Source: a virus. Taken from it: a stretch of DNA of 64,000 nucleotides. Both the position numbers and the translations under genes were made by a program. The notes beneath the pieces were generated by a model. The model saw only the letters and a list, made by a program, of their open reading frames with translations. It did not search any database and was not told the DNA's origin. The stretch lies in the IMG/VR virus record IMGVR_UViG_3300021364_000006, one strand, 5' to 3'. This document shows, in pieces, positions 17,143 to 26,971 of the stretch (positions are counted from its first letter, which is position 1; every line of letters starts with the position of its first letter).

Positions 17143-19411
17143 AGTCTTCCTCCTGTTCTAGTTCTGAGATTAGTGAATTTAATTGATCAATTTTATCATC
17201 AATTTCGTCAGATTTCAAGTCATTTGTATTTTGGTAATAAGACGTTTTCCACCCATACTTATATGTAGTTAGAAAGTCATTTGCCATGACCGATACGGGA
17301 ACTTCATTATCTGGATAGTTCTCTGGGTTGTATGACCAGTTTCCACTGATGGCCTGGTCGAAGAACTTCTGCATGGTAGCAACAATCTTGATATAACCTT
17401 CATTGGATTCCATGTCCCAAAGAAGAGTATAGTTGTTCTTCAGCGATCCGTACCCAGGAACAATCTGCTTAAGAGGCCCTTTCTTTGATTTTTTAACGGA
17501 CAGATACCCTCTAGGTGGTTCGATTCCATTTGTTGCGTTTGACACAACGGAACTGCTCTCCGATGGCATCTGAGCAGACAATGTTGAGTGCCGTAGTCCC
17601 GATTCCAAGATAGATGCTCTAAGAGATTCCCAATCATGCTGATACTCGATAGATGTAATTTCGTCTACGTCTGATTTATAAGTATCAATGGGGAGAATAC
17701 CATCGGCATACTTGGTGCGATCAAAGTAAGTGCATGGTCCCTTCTCCCTTGCAATCTGATTTGATGACTTCAGGAGATAATATTGGAAAGATTCAGATAG
17801 TCCATGAACAGCATCCCATGCCTCTTGAGAGTCGTATTTGAACCCTAGTTTGGCAAGATAGTGAGCAAGACCGATAAAACCTACTCCAAGGGATCTACGT
17901 GCCTTTGTGGCTACTTCTGCAGCAATGATCGGATACTTCTGATAATCAATCAGTTCTTCTAGACCACGGACAGAAAGATCGCAGAGTTCTTCCAGTTCAT
18001 GATCCGAATGAACTTTACCTACATTGACGGCAGACAGAATGCAGAGGGCAATCTCACCTTCACCATCAATGTGTTGAAGAGGTTTCGTTGGAAGCGTGAT
18101 TTCCTGACATAGATTACTCATCTCAACCTTATCTTTGAAGGAAGAGTGAGAGTTACAGTGGTCGATATTCATGAGATACAAACGACCAGTCTCTGCACGT
18201 TCTTTTAGAATATCCAGGATCAGTGTCTGTGCCTTAATAGTCTTTCTTGGAATAGACTCATCTCGTTCATAGCCCACATAGAGATCGTCAAATGAATCAG
18301 TACCAAAAGCGTCATAGAGACCTGGTACGTCATGCGGTGAGAACAGGCTAATTTCTCCATCCGTAATGAAACGTTCGTAGAAAAGTTTTGAAGTTTGGAT
18401 GGAATAGTCAAGTTTTCTTACCCTGTTGTCTTCGGTTCCTTTGTTGTTCTTCAGGACGATGATGTCTTCGATTTCTTGGTGCCAGATTGGGAAGTGTACC
18501 GTAGCTGATCCACCTCGGATGCCATTTTGAGTACAGCATCGGACAGTCGATTCAAACTTTTTGAGAAACGGAACAACACCAGTGTGCTGGACTTCTCCAC
18601 CTCTGATTTTACTGTTGATGCCACGGATTCTGCCCGCGTTGATACCGATTCCCGCCCTTTGTGCAACGTATCTGCCAATAGCCATATCAGAGCTAAAGAT
18701 AGAATCGAGGGTGTCATCAACATCAACAAGAACACAGCTAGCAAATTGTCGAAGTGGAGTTCGCACTCCCGCCATGATAGGTGTGGGAATGTTGAGTTTG
18801 TGCTTGCTGATTGCGTCGTAGTATCTTCTGACATACGATAATCTCTTCTCTTTTGGATACTCTGCAAAGATTGTCATTGCAATGAGTGCGTACATGAACT
18901 GTGGAGTTTCAAATACGCTACCATTGCTTCGATCTTGAACTAGGTATTTATCCACAACTTGCCGAAGGCCAGCATATGTGAATAGAAAATCACGATGGTG
19001 ATCTACCCAGGATTCGATTTTTTTGATTTCACTTTCAGTATAGTTGTCTAAGACAGCAGCATCATATACACCCTGATCAACACACTTTGTAATATGAGCG
19101 TACAGATCTGGAAGATCTCGCATCTTTCCATACACCTGCTTGCGTACAGAGAACAATAGAAGACGAGCAGCAACAAACTGATAGTTTGGATGCTCCAGGT
19201 CGATTAGATCAGAAGCAGAACGAATCAGGATCTCCTGAATTTCTGCCGTAGTAACTCCATCATAAAACTGAATACCAGACTGAATCTCTACTTGAGATGC
19301 AGAAACACCCGCCAAACCCTTACATGCCTCATCAACCATGACATGCATTTTTTCTAGGTTGATGGCTTCAATAGTACCATTCCTCTTCTTAACCTTGATG
19401 CCGTTACTCAT
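17123..19411 (-). CDS. nrdA: ribonucleotide reductase class Ia alpha subunit
   Basis: ATP-cone, SNLCQEI, C-terminal CESCKI. Confidence 0.97.
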   Translation of the reverse strand: MSNGIKVKKRNGTIEAINLEKMHVMVDEACKGLAGVSASQVEIQSGIQFYDGVTTAEIQEILIRSASDLIDLEHPNYQFVAARLLLFSVRKQVYGKMRDLPDLYAHITKCVDQGVYDAAVLDNYTESEIKKIESWVDHHRDFLFTYAGLRQVVDKYLVQDRSNGSVFETPQFMYALIAMTIFAEYPKEKRLSYVRRYYDAISKHKLNIPTPIMAGVRTPLRQFASCVLVDVDDTLDSIFSSDMAIGRYVAQRAGIGINAGRIRGINSKIRGGEVQHTGVVPFLKKFESTVRCCTQNGIRGGSATVHFPIWHQEIEDIIVLKNNKGTEDNRVRKLDYSIQTSKLFYERFITDGEISLFSPHDVPGLYDAFGTDSFDDLYVGYERDESIPRKTIKAQTLILDILKERAETGRLYLMNIDHCNSHSSFKDKVEMSNLCQEITLPTKPLQHIDGEGEIALCILSAVNVGKVHSDHELEELCDLSVRGLEELIDYQKYPIIAAEVATKARRSLGVGFIGLAHYLAKLGFKYDSQEAWDAVHGLSESFQYYLLKSSNQIAREKGPCTYFDRTKYADGILPIDTYKSDVDEITSIEYQHDWESLRASILESGLRHSTLSAQMPSESSSVVSNATNGIEPPRGYLSVKKSKKGPLKQIVPGYGSLKNNYTLLWDMESNEGYIKIVATMQKFFDQAISGNWSYNPENYPDNEVPVSVMANDFLTTYKYGWKTSYYQNTNDLKSDEIDDKIDQLNSLISELEQEEDCESCKI

Positions 19412-20376
19412 ATCTTTTTCCAAGTGTTGAATTTAAGTTTTGCTTCTAAACCAGAGCAGGTGTTTGATTTTACCAGATCTTGAACATCATGTCCAGCAAG
19501 GACCATATCATTTATGTCCTTTTCTTCGATGGAAACTGGCCAAATAACTACCCTTCCACCGTTGTTGATTGTACGCTCGATTCTGGATACAATCTCTCTA
19601 TTGCGTGGTTCGTTGTCATAGATCCAAACAGGATTGCTAATCCCCCAACGACTAACATCAGCGTCAGCTCCACACATAGCAATCGCATTGCGAATAAACG
19701 TGCTGTCGAATGGTCCTTCAGTAATGTAGACTCTAGAGTTTCTTTCGATGTTATCAAGTCCATATATTTTTGGTGCTCCCTCCTCAAGCATGATGGTTAT
19801 GTATTTAACAGATCCAGGACTTAGAGCTCGTCCTTGGAATCCGATGAGATTTTTTTTGTAATAAAGTGGAATGATGATTCTAGACTCTTTACGTAAGTCT
19901 TTGTAATCCACACCTTTGAACGATCGCACAAATTCACCAAAGTCTTCCGCATAATAAAAGTCTTTGGGATTGAGTCTACGGTTGCGTAGATAGGTTGCAG
20001 CACTTTCCACCTGATCACATAAAGGAAGAATGATCTTCTGTGTAAAAGTAGGTTTTTCAAAAACGAATTCAGGTTCATTGGTCGGGAAATTCTTTCCAGT
20101 AAAACCACTCTTGAACTTTTCTAACGTATACTGCTTATGAAGTTGTGGATCTTGATCCTTAAGAAAATTATTGAATGACAAACTAGAACCACAGTTGTGG
20201 CACTTGAAGTTTGTATTATTCTTCATAGCATAGATGTATGCTCTAGCCTTGTTCTTATTCTTCTTCGAGTCTCCACAAATGGGACAACGAAAATTATATA
20301 GGTTTGGTTTGACTCTCTTAAATTTAGATAGTCTTGTGGAAATCAGACCAATGAATTTGGTGTCGATCAGATCCAT
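19408..20376 (-). CDS. gp61: DNA primase
   Basis: FRCPICGDS, CHNC, TEGPFDS, DINDM. Confidence 0.95.
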   Translation of the reverse strand: MDLIDTKFIGLISTRLSKFKRVKPNLYNFRCPICGDSKKNKNKARAYIYAMKNNTNFKCHNCGSSLSFNNFLKDQDPQLHKQYTLEKFKSGFTGKNFPTNEPEFVFEKPTFTQKIILPLCDQVESAATYLRNRRLNPKDFYYAEDFGEFVRSFKGVDYKDLRKESRIIIPLYYKKNLIGFQGRALSPGSVKYITIMLEEGAPKIYGLDNIERNSRVYITEGPFDSTFIRNAIAMCGADADVSRWGISNPVWIYDNEPRNREIVSRIERTINNGGRVVIWPVSIEEKDINDMVLAGHDVQDLVKSNTCSGLEAKLKFNTWKKI

Positions 20377-20794
20377 TGGCAACTAAAGCGTCTTCGGACA
20401 TCATACTCGCTTTTTTTACAGGTGTCAATGATCTATAGATTGGAAATGCGATCTGTGCCACCAGTCCCAATGTTGCCAAAACAGCACCTGCACCAATCAC
20501 AAATCTCTGATTGGCATCTACTTTCTTTTGAATACGATCAATTCTTTCATGAAGGATTCTATGATTCTTCTCTTCCTGATCCTTCATCTCTTCGATCATT
20601 TTAATGATTAATTGATTGGATTTATCACCCTCATCCAATCTACTTTCATGCCTTTCCAAAACTACAGCCACTCTATTACTATTTTCAGAAATAGTAGTTA
20701 CGGCACGTTCTAATTTATCCAACATTTCCTTGGACAAATCCTCGTAAATGTCTAATTTTGATTCAAGAACCTGAAGTTTTCCTAGACCGAACAT
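20324..20794 (-). CDS. coiled-coil protein with C-terminal TM helix
   Basis: LESKLDIYEDLSKEMLDKLE..FVIGAGAVLATLGLV. Confidence 0.7.
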   Translation of the reverse strand: MFGLGKLQVLESKLDIYEDLSKEMLDKLERAVTTISENSNRVAVVLERHESRLDEGDKSNQLIIKMIEEMKDQEEKNHRILHERIDRIQKKVDANQRFVIGAGAVLATLGLVAQIAFPIYRSLTPVKKASMMSEDALVANGSDRHQIHWSDFHKTI

Positions 20795-21005
20795 CTTTTT
20801 TTAGCGCCCTAGTAGCGTCTTGATAAAATTTACTTAGTCTCTTATATTTTTTCTTTCTACCATCAAATCCAAGAACAGGATCATAACCAGCAGTGGGAGA
20901 TCCACTATCAGTTTTGTCACTGCCTTTATAACCAGCTCCACCACCAGCGCCGAGAGACATCTCTTCGCGAACACTTTGAATGAATTTATCTACATATTTA
21001 TTCAT
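20763..21005 (-). CDS. hypothetical protein
   Basis: GSPTAGYDPVL motif. Confidence 0.7.
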   Translation of the reverse strand: MNKYVDKFIQSVREEMSLGAGGGAGYKGSDKTDSGSPTAGYDPVLGFDGRKKKYKRLSKFYQDATRALKKDVRSRKTSGS

Positions 21006-21621
21006 AATCGTCCTCGTCCTCTGGTAGATAATTAATCATATTTGGATAATCAGAGTAATAATCTTTTATTTCATCCAAATGAAAAACATAAAATTTGAAT
21101 GATGTATATCCTTCGGCAATCATTTTTTGAATTCTATGTTTGCCATCCATACTACGGTATCTTCTACCAGAGTATGTTGTGGATCCATCAAGTAAGAGCC
21201 CTGGTCGATTTAAATCAGCACCATGAAATCTCTTACCTTCACAACAAATACAATTTTCACCAGTCAATCTATCTGGGAGATCAAATCCCATCCACTGAAT
21301 ATTATTTAGTTCGACTTCCTTTATTCTGTCCTCAGTCAATAGTGGTGTAAGTCTCCTCATTCTTAGACCACAATATTTTTCTGGAAGTTCTGGAATGGTC
21401 CAATCTCCATAAAATTCTTCCCAATGACACATATCAAAATCATCTAAAGAATTTTCATCGTACACAAAAAATTGACTCTTATCATATAAAGTATTCTCAT
21501 ACTTCAATACATAATGATTTTTTAATTCTCTATGCATCTCATACAGTTCACCAGGAATTAAATCTGGATAAACATGAGGCATCCCAACATAACAAAGTTT
21601 TTTTGTTGTCACATTTTTCAT
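20998..21621 (-). CDS. hypothetical protein with ParB/Srx-like motif
   Basis: PGLLLDG..YRSMDGKHRIQKM. Confidence 0.55.
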   Translation of the reverse strand: MKNVTTKKLCYVGMPHVYPDLIPGELYEMHRELKNHYVLKYENTLYDKSQFFVYDENSLDDFDMCHWEEFYGDWTIPELPEKYCGLRMRRLTPLLTEDRIKEVELNNIQWMGFDLPDRLTGENCICCEGKRFHGADLNRPGLLLDGSTTYSGRRYRSMDGKHRIQKMIAEGYTSFKFYVFHLDEIKDYYSDYPNMINYLPEDEDDYE

Positions 21622-21992
21622 TATACTTGATTCAATAATTCAAGACAAATTTCATCGATCTCGATATCCGTCAAAGTTGACCTTGGATAATCGTGAAATC
21701 GATTTAGAAAGACTAAGAATGTTTTGGCACAAGGCCACAATTCCTGTTCCAACTTATAGAACAACAGAGGAACTGTTGCTTCGCCAAATACGTTAAAAAG
21801 AATTATGAGATGATTTAGTATGAGATTAGTTTTTAATATACCAGTAGACTCGTATCTCTTAAAAAGTCTTTTGACATATTTAAAACGCTTTAAATCGTCA
21901 TAAAAATCGTCCTCAGTTACTGCCTGAGGACTGTCATAATATTTAATAGCGAAGAGTAGATAATTTTTATCATTCAACTCAGAAAAATTCAT
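21621..21992 (-). CDS. conserved T4-like phage protein
   Basis: FAIKYY..DDLKRFKYVKRL..LILNHLIILFNVFG. Confidence 0.8.
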   Translation of the reverse strand: MNFSELNDKNYLLFAIKYYDSPQAVTEDDFYDDLKRFKYVKRLFKRYESTGILKTNLILNHLIILFNVFGEATVPLLFYKLEQELWPCAKTFLVFLNRFHDYPRSTLTDIEIDEICLELLNQV

Positions 21993-21995
21993 TTA

Positions 21996-22571
21996 TCATG
22001 TAATGGGATATGCTCTGTTACCTGTGGTGATTCCAGACATTGCGACTAGAGTTTCTGTCTTAATGCGAAGTTCGCCGTGGTTATCGGTATAGGTGGTGAC
22101 TCCTACCCATCCTCCATGCGAAACGGCATCAAGATAATCGCTTCTACCCCCAGGCTCTCCAAGAATTCCCTCAGTGACAGCAAAGATTTTGGAATTGTAT
22201 CCACGCTGATCATCAGCGGAGGAAGGTGCATATGCGGGATCTTCGTCAACACTCACAGGCTGAGTGCTGAACTTCATGTATCTAGTTGTGTAATCGTTGT
22301 CAGCACCAAAGTCTCTGTCATCTACGGCAGAAGTTGTGATGCTCATGCTGGTGCTGCTGGCGATTGAAGTGATAACTCCAAAACCAGAGGTTTGACCAGC
22401 ACCTAGTAGGATAGTGTTGCCAACCTCAAGGTTGGTGAAAGTACAAACACCAATGCCACCAGTTACAGCACCAGCGGAAGTGACGGTCACAATACCGAGA
22501 CCGCTTCCTACGTTGGCAAGTGCATTAATTGAACTTACACCGATGTTGTCGTTATTACTCCAAAGAGCCAT
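21996..22571 (-). CDS. putative virion structural protein
   Basis: MALW..HGGWVGV..RIKTETLVAM; TATAAATA at 22606-22613. Confidence 0.7.
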   Translation of the reverse strand: MALWSNNDNIGVSSINALANVGSGLGIVTVTSAGAVTGGIGVCTFTNLEVGNTILLGAGQTSGFGVITSIASSTSMSITTSAVDDRDFGADNDYTTRYMKFSTQPVSVDEDPAYAPSSADDQRGYNSKIFAVTEGILGEPGGRSDYLDAVSHGGWVGVTTYTDNHGELRIKTETLVAMSGITTGNRAYPIT

Positions 22572-22605
22572 GTGTCTTGCCCTGCGTTAAACTTTATTAT
22601 AATGA

Positions 22606-22643
22606 TATTTATAAAAACAGGAGACCTCTGAATGAGGTCTCCT
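22606..22643 (-). terminator. terminator plus late promoter TATAAATA
   Basis: AGGAGACCTC..GAGGTCTCCT-GTTTTT-ATAAATA. Confidence 0.75.
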
Positions 22644-22649
22644 TTATAA

Positions 22650-22856
22650 TCACTCTTCGTCTTGGCGAGTCCTAATTGCTTGGATTACAGTAAGCAATAG
22701 TTTATCATCCATGTCAGTCTTGGTCAGCTTGACAGCCTTCTCAAGAATGACAATGCAAATGTCAATTAGTTTCTCACCTAGTTCTTCATTATCAGGAATT
22801 TTAGCAACAGCATCAGTGATGATTTTTGATGCTAGTGGTAGTAAAAAAGAAAGCAT
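22650..22856 (-). CDS. conserved cyanophage hypothetical protein
   Basis: LLPLASKII..KLTKTDMDD. Confidence 0.75.
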   Translation of the reverse strand: MLSFLLPLASKIITDAVAKIPDNEELGEKLIDICIVILEKAVKLTKTDMDDKLLLTVIQAIRTRQDEE

Positions 22857-22902
22857 GATCTTTTGTCAAAGGACTATCAATATATATTCAACTTATCTTC
22901 TC

Positions 22903-24189
22903 TTAAGATTGACCGCCTTGCTTAGGATTAATAATCACTTTATTCTTCCCCTTCATACCAGTAACTTTCTTCTCAGTATCAGCGTCCATCTCATCACCCA
23001 TTTCATGGATGAACTCCTCTCTCCAGTTATTAAACTGGGTGGATTCTTTGCGAGTAAACTCTTCATTACTCTGCTTATTCTGACGCATGGTCTCTTTAGT
23101 TTGAGTGGATGGACGAGCAGTTCCACGACCACTACCTTTTGCAGGAGATACAAGTGCTCTAGCAACCTTTGCTACTGGATGATCTGATTTTCTTAAAAAT
23201 TCTACTGGACCTTCTTCTAGTTCTTGACCTTCAGTCTCAACTGATTCCAATCCCATTCTCTGCTTTCTTAAATCACCACCAAAAGCATTTCCCTTTAGTG
23301 TTGCTCCTTTACGTGCTTTATCTAAAGCTTTATCCGCTTTTGGTTTAAAGACCTTTTTGATAATAGCTGGTGCGGCAGCTAGACCAGCAAGAGCAGCACC
23401 AGCTGCTAGAGGTGCAATTTCATCGACTTGCTCTAATTCTTCATTGCGACTTGCCATGGCTTTACCAATAGCAGAACGACGCTTTAGAAGATACTTATCA
23501 GACTTGTCCTTATCACCATCATTATCAACATCACCATCCTCTTTACCGACAGGATCTAAACCTTTTCCAGATGTTGTGGCAGCAGTCTGTTCACCTTTCT
23601 TAGCCTCACCTTCATAAGGTGATCCATATTCTGTCATCTCGACAGATTTGATATTGGGGTTGGCGCGAAGTGAATTGATTTTCTCTCTAGTTGCAAAGCG
23701 AACATAAGTTCTGCCACTTGCTTTATCAGTTACACGAATCTTGAACTTCTTATTAGGACCTTCACCCTTAGTTTCTTCTTCTAATTCCTCACCTACGGGC
23801 TCACCATGCTTATTTTTATCGTGATGAGGACCCTCAAAAGTTCCCTTTATCTTTCTAATTGTTTCTTCCTTATTGGCAATAATCTGCTTTTGAATTGGGC
23901 TGTATGCCTCACCAAATAGTTTTTGCTTAACTGCATCCTTCTCAGGACCAGTCATAGTGGTGTTACCCATGTACTGACTATATGCCGCTTTTAGATCCAC
24001 ACCCTCTCTACGGGCACGATATCTAATGTCATATACAGCTTGACGAACCTTTTTCGCGGACTTTTCTTCAGTGTTTCCGCCCTCAGATGAGGCAGCATCA
24101 CTCTTAGCAGCGGGTTTATCACCACCAGAGGATACAACAGGTCCACCTACTTTTCTTGCTGGGAGTTCTTCAAAAAAAGTTCTATTCAT
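22903..24189 (-). CDS. modular late protein (probable internal head protein)
   Basis: QAVYDIRYRARRE, LDPVGKEDGDVDNDGD, KNKVIINP. Confidence 0.75.
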   Translation of the reverse strand: MNRTFFEELPARKVGGPVVSSGGDKPAAKSDAASSEGGNTEEKSAKKVRQAVYDIRYRARREGVDLKAAYSQYMGNTTMTGPEKDAVKQKLFGEAYSPIQKQIIANKEETIRKIKGTFEGPHHDKNKHGEPVGEELEEETKGEGPNKKFKIRVTDKASGRTYVRFATREKINSLRANPNIKSVEMTEYGSPYEGEAKKGEQTAATTSGKGLDPVGKEDGDVDNDGDKDKSDKYLLKRRSAIGKAMASRNEELEQVDEIAPLAAGAALAGLAAAPAIIKKVFKPKADKALDKARKGATLKGNAFGGDLRKQRMGLESVETEGQELEEGPVEFLRKSDHPVAKVARALVSPAKGSGRGTARPSTQTKETMRQNKQSNEEFTRKESTQFNNWREEFIHEMGDEMDADTEKKVTGMKGKNKVIINPKQGGQS

Positions 24190-24194
24190 CGTCT

Positions 24195-25307
24195 TTAACT
24201 ACGGGTACGCTTTTTCCTGCTTTTATTTATGAATGACCGAACCTTCTCTCTTGGAGTCATGCGCTGAACATACTCTCTGTAGGAATCTGTTCCAATTTCA
24301 TGCACCTCATTTAGGTCTTTAATCCAAGATTTGAACAAATATCCCTCTCTAGTAACAGAAATGATGTGATTTGCACCTCTTCTAATTACCTTTCCAATGA
24401 ATCCAGTGGTTAAACTTTCAACAAAAGATCCAACTTTGAATAGATTTCCTGAAATAAAATTCTCTCTAAGACCTTTCCAATCGTACTTGGGTGCAATATT
24501 CCAGAGTTCATACCCCTCTTCAATACCCATTCTTTGACGAACAGTCAAAAACATTGTCTCTGCATCTTTGGGTTTGATTGTCCCAGGAAGTCCAGATGCA
24601 AAGGTCTCAAAGTCACCTTCGGCAGCTGCTTTTCTCATTTTGGATGCAGACATTCCCTCCACACCCTCAGAATCTGGGTCACGATCACCCGCAGAAATCA
24701 CATTGATCTTCTCAAATGAATACAGAGAACCATTATACTTATTAGCTAAGTTCTCAAATTCTGCTTGGCGATCCGCACCAACAACGATATTTACCTCACT
24801 GTGACCATCCTCATGCGCTCTCTTGAGAACATCAAAGATAGTTCTCATCTTAGTGTCATGCACAATATTATTTGCATGATCAGGGAACATGGTCTTCATG
24901 AATTCAACTTTGGTTAGTGAATCCAATGGATTTTTCTTAGGATCTTCACTGTGGGATGGGTAAATTTTGTATTCACCAGTACCAGCAGTGGTTTTGATGT
25001 GATTGATTAGTTTTTCATGACCAGTTGTGGGTGGATTGAAGCGACCAAATCCCACGGTAAGAGTCCCCTTTGTCTTCTCGATGGGGGGAGCCATGTCTGG
25101 TTCTTGTTGCGTTTGCTGCTGTTGTGGATCCTGCTGAGGACTTTTGACCGTCTTGGAGAAGATCTTGAGTTGACCGCGCACAGTTTTAGCGACAAGGTTT
25201 CCTTCACGGTCATAATAGTCCCCATGACCGTCTCCTGTCAAGCCCATCGCCTTTGCTTGGGCGGCGGCTCTCGATGCTTCTGTGATGAACGCTAGAAATC
25301 TTTTCAT
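24195..25307 (-). CDS. cytidyltransferase-like (HxGH) nucleotidyltransferase
   Basis: FGRFNPPTTGHEKL, VGADR, MSASKMR. Confidence 0.9.
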   Translation of the reverse strand: MKRFLAFITEASRAAAQAKAMGLTGDGHGDYYDREGNLVAKTVRGQLKIFSKTVKSPQQDPQQQQTQQEPDMAPPIEKTKGTLTVGFGRFNPPTTGHEKLINHIKTTAGTGEYKIYPSHSEDPKKNPLDSLTKVEFMKTMFPDHANNIVHDTKMRTIFDVLKRAHEDGHSEVNIVVGADRQAEFENLANKYNGSLYSFEKINVISAGDRDPDSEGVEGMSASKMRKAAAEGDFETFASGLPGTIKPKDAETMFLTVRQRMGIEEGYELWNIAPKYDWKGLRENFISGNLFKVGSFVESLTTGFIGKVIRRGANHIISVTREGYLFKSWIKDLNEVHEIGTDSYREYVQRMTPREKVRSFINKSRKKRTRS

Positions 25308-25328
25308 ATTATTATTTATTGGTTCAGT

Positions 25329-26213
25329 TCAATTAGACGGATTGAGAGGGGAATTCCTCTGACGAGTTAAAGGAGATGGAGCATTTATACAATCAACACC
25401 ATCCCAATGAATCCTATCCTCATCTTCTCTATTATCCAAATCAAATCCAGACACTCTAGGGAATTTATCCATCAACAAAGCAGTAGAAAATCTATAAGTT
25501 CCCTGAGATGCGGATCCTTTTGTTCTTATTCTTAATCTCATACTTGCACCAGAATTCAAAAATTTAGTTGCTCCTAGATGCCTAAGTCCATTTGGATCTC
25601 TATTCAAATAATACAATCCATATCCACCAATTTGTATATAATTTACTCCTTTTGAACTGTAATATGTTGAAAAAGCTCTAGCAAATCCATCACCTGTAAT
25701 ATAGGAACTTTTATATTTTTCAAGATCCGCTTTTTTTTCTTCCTCAGAAACTTGTTTACTATTTGAATAATTAAATAAATTTGGTTTTCCAGGCCAAACT
25801 CTATTAATCTGAGATACTACATTCATACTATTAAGAAGTCTTCTCATCTCCATAGCTTCAGGAGTATTCTTTCCACTAAGACTCCAAGATGATCCATTGT
25901 GAGTTAAACTTGCTTGCCCATAGTCTGCATTTGGATTCAATTTAACTTCAATCTTTAATTTTGCACCTTGTTTTGGTTGCCTTACAGTTGCACTATTATA
26001 TTTTGGAACCCATAGTTCAAGATCTGCAGCAGTTGAATCCGCGCCAGCTGGAGAAAATCCTACAGGAATCATTCCTATATCCCTATATTGATTATATAAT
26101 TTACCCTCATAAGCAAATCCCAGATTTAAATTTTTACCTGATCCAGATGATGCCCAGTCTTCATAATCTGGATCTGCACCATATAGTCCAGATGGATCTT
26201 CGTAAACTGCCAT
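25329..26213 (-). CDS. putative PD-(D/E)XK nuclease
   Basis: ADL..KIEVKL..DYGQ; AT-rich. Confidence 0.5.
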   Translation of the reverse strand: MAVYEDPSGLYGADPDYEDWASSGSGKNLNLGFAYEGKLYNQYRDIGMIPVGFSPAGADSTAADLELWVPKYNSATVRQPKQGAKLKIEVKLNPNADYGQASLTHNGSSWSLSGKNTPEAMEMRRLLNSMNVVSQINRVWPGKPNLFNYSNSKQVSEEEKKADLEKYKSSYITGDGFARAFSTYYSSKGVNYIQIGGYGLYYLNRDPNGLRHLGATKFLNSGASMRLRIRTKGSASQGTYRFSTALLMDKFPRVSGFDLDNREDEDRIHWDGVDCINAPSPLTRQRNSPLNPSN

Positions 26214-26243
26214 AAAAAAAAGAGGCCTTTGCCTCTATTTATT
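26214..26243 (-). promoter_or_regulatory. late promoter overlapping a terminator hairpin
   Basis: AATAAATAGAGGC-AAAG-GCCTCT-T run-ATG. Confidence 0.65.
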
Positions 26244-26462
26244 TTATTCAGTTGTATCTTGCTCGTCCTCTTTTTTATTAAATCCAAATGGACCTTCTTT
26301 TTCGTCAAGTGCAAGTTTTAGTGCAATACCACCGACTGCTTCCATAACTTTTAAAACTTGTTCAGGTTTTACATCTTCACCAAGTTCTTTGGCAACATAC
26401 CAATACTTTGGCCAGAATGTTTCTCCTGCTTTTTGGTAATCTTCAAGTGTTAGTAGTTTCAT
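26244..26462 (-). CDS. conserved cyanophage hypothetical protein
   Basis: FWPKYWYVAKELGE. Confidence 0.75.
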   Translation of the reverse strand: MKLLTLEDYQKAGETFWPKYWYVAKELGEDVKPEQVLKVMEAVGGIALKLALDEKEGPFGFNKKEDEQDTTE

Positions 26463-26605
26463 GTAAAATTAGTTAGAGAATGATAAACTGCTTCAATATG
26501 CATATTGCCATGAATATAACCAGCAATGATTATACCAATAGCGAATAAAAAACATGCTACCAGTGATAGCACTAATGGTACTGTTGGATTACTTCCCGAC
26601 GCCAT
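26459..26605 (-). CDS. small membrane protein (48 aa)
   Basis: Manual translation MASGSNPTVPLVLSLVACFLFAIGIIIAGYIHGNMH; ATGA overlap. Confidence 0.55.
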   Translation of the reverse strand: MASGSNPTVPLVLSLVACFLFAIGIIIAGYIHGNMHIEAVYHSLTNFT

Positions 26606-26735
26606 AATCAGGTGCGTTTTTCTTTTCCAGTTCTCGAATGTTTTGATGTAGTCGTTCTAATGCTTCACGCATTTCGGGTGTTTCTTCCCACTCCCAAGTA
26701 TCCCCCTTTGAGTTCTTCTTTGACTTTTTACTCAT
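26589..26735 (-). CDS. hypothetical protein (48 aa)
   Basis: Manual translation MSKKSKKNSKGDTWEWEETPEM; ATGA overlap. Confidence 0.55.
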   Translation of the reverse strand: MSKKSKKNSKGDTWEWEETPEMREALERLHQNIRELEKKNAPDYGVGK

Positions 26736-26971
26736 TTCCAGCCTCCTTTTAGAACCCACTCATCGTGGTATTGGTTTTTCCATGAACTGCTGATTCCGTA
26801 GGATGGTTGAATCACTTGCTCAATGTACCTACGGTTTTCTCTGGCAATATTTAGACTCTCTGCTTCGAGAGTCTTAACTCGTCCGTCTATTTGTGAGGAC
26901 CACCAGACAGCACCCGAAGCTTGAACCAGCAGGAAAGATACGATAGCAAAGGGGATTTTGAGATCATTCAC
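26732..26971 (-). CDS. small membrane-anchored protein
   Basis: IPFAIVSFLLVQASGAVWW. Confidence 0.65.
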   Translation of the reverse strand: MNDLKIPFAIVSFLLVQASGAVWWSSQIDGRVKTLEAESLNIARENRRYIEQVIQPSYGISSSWKNQYHDEWVLKGGWK

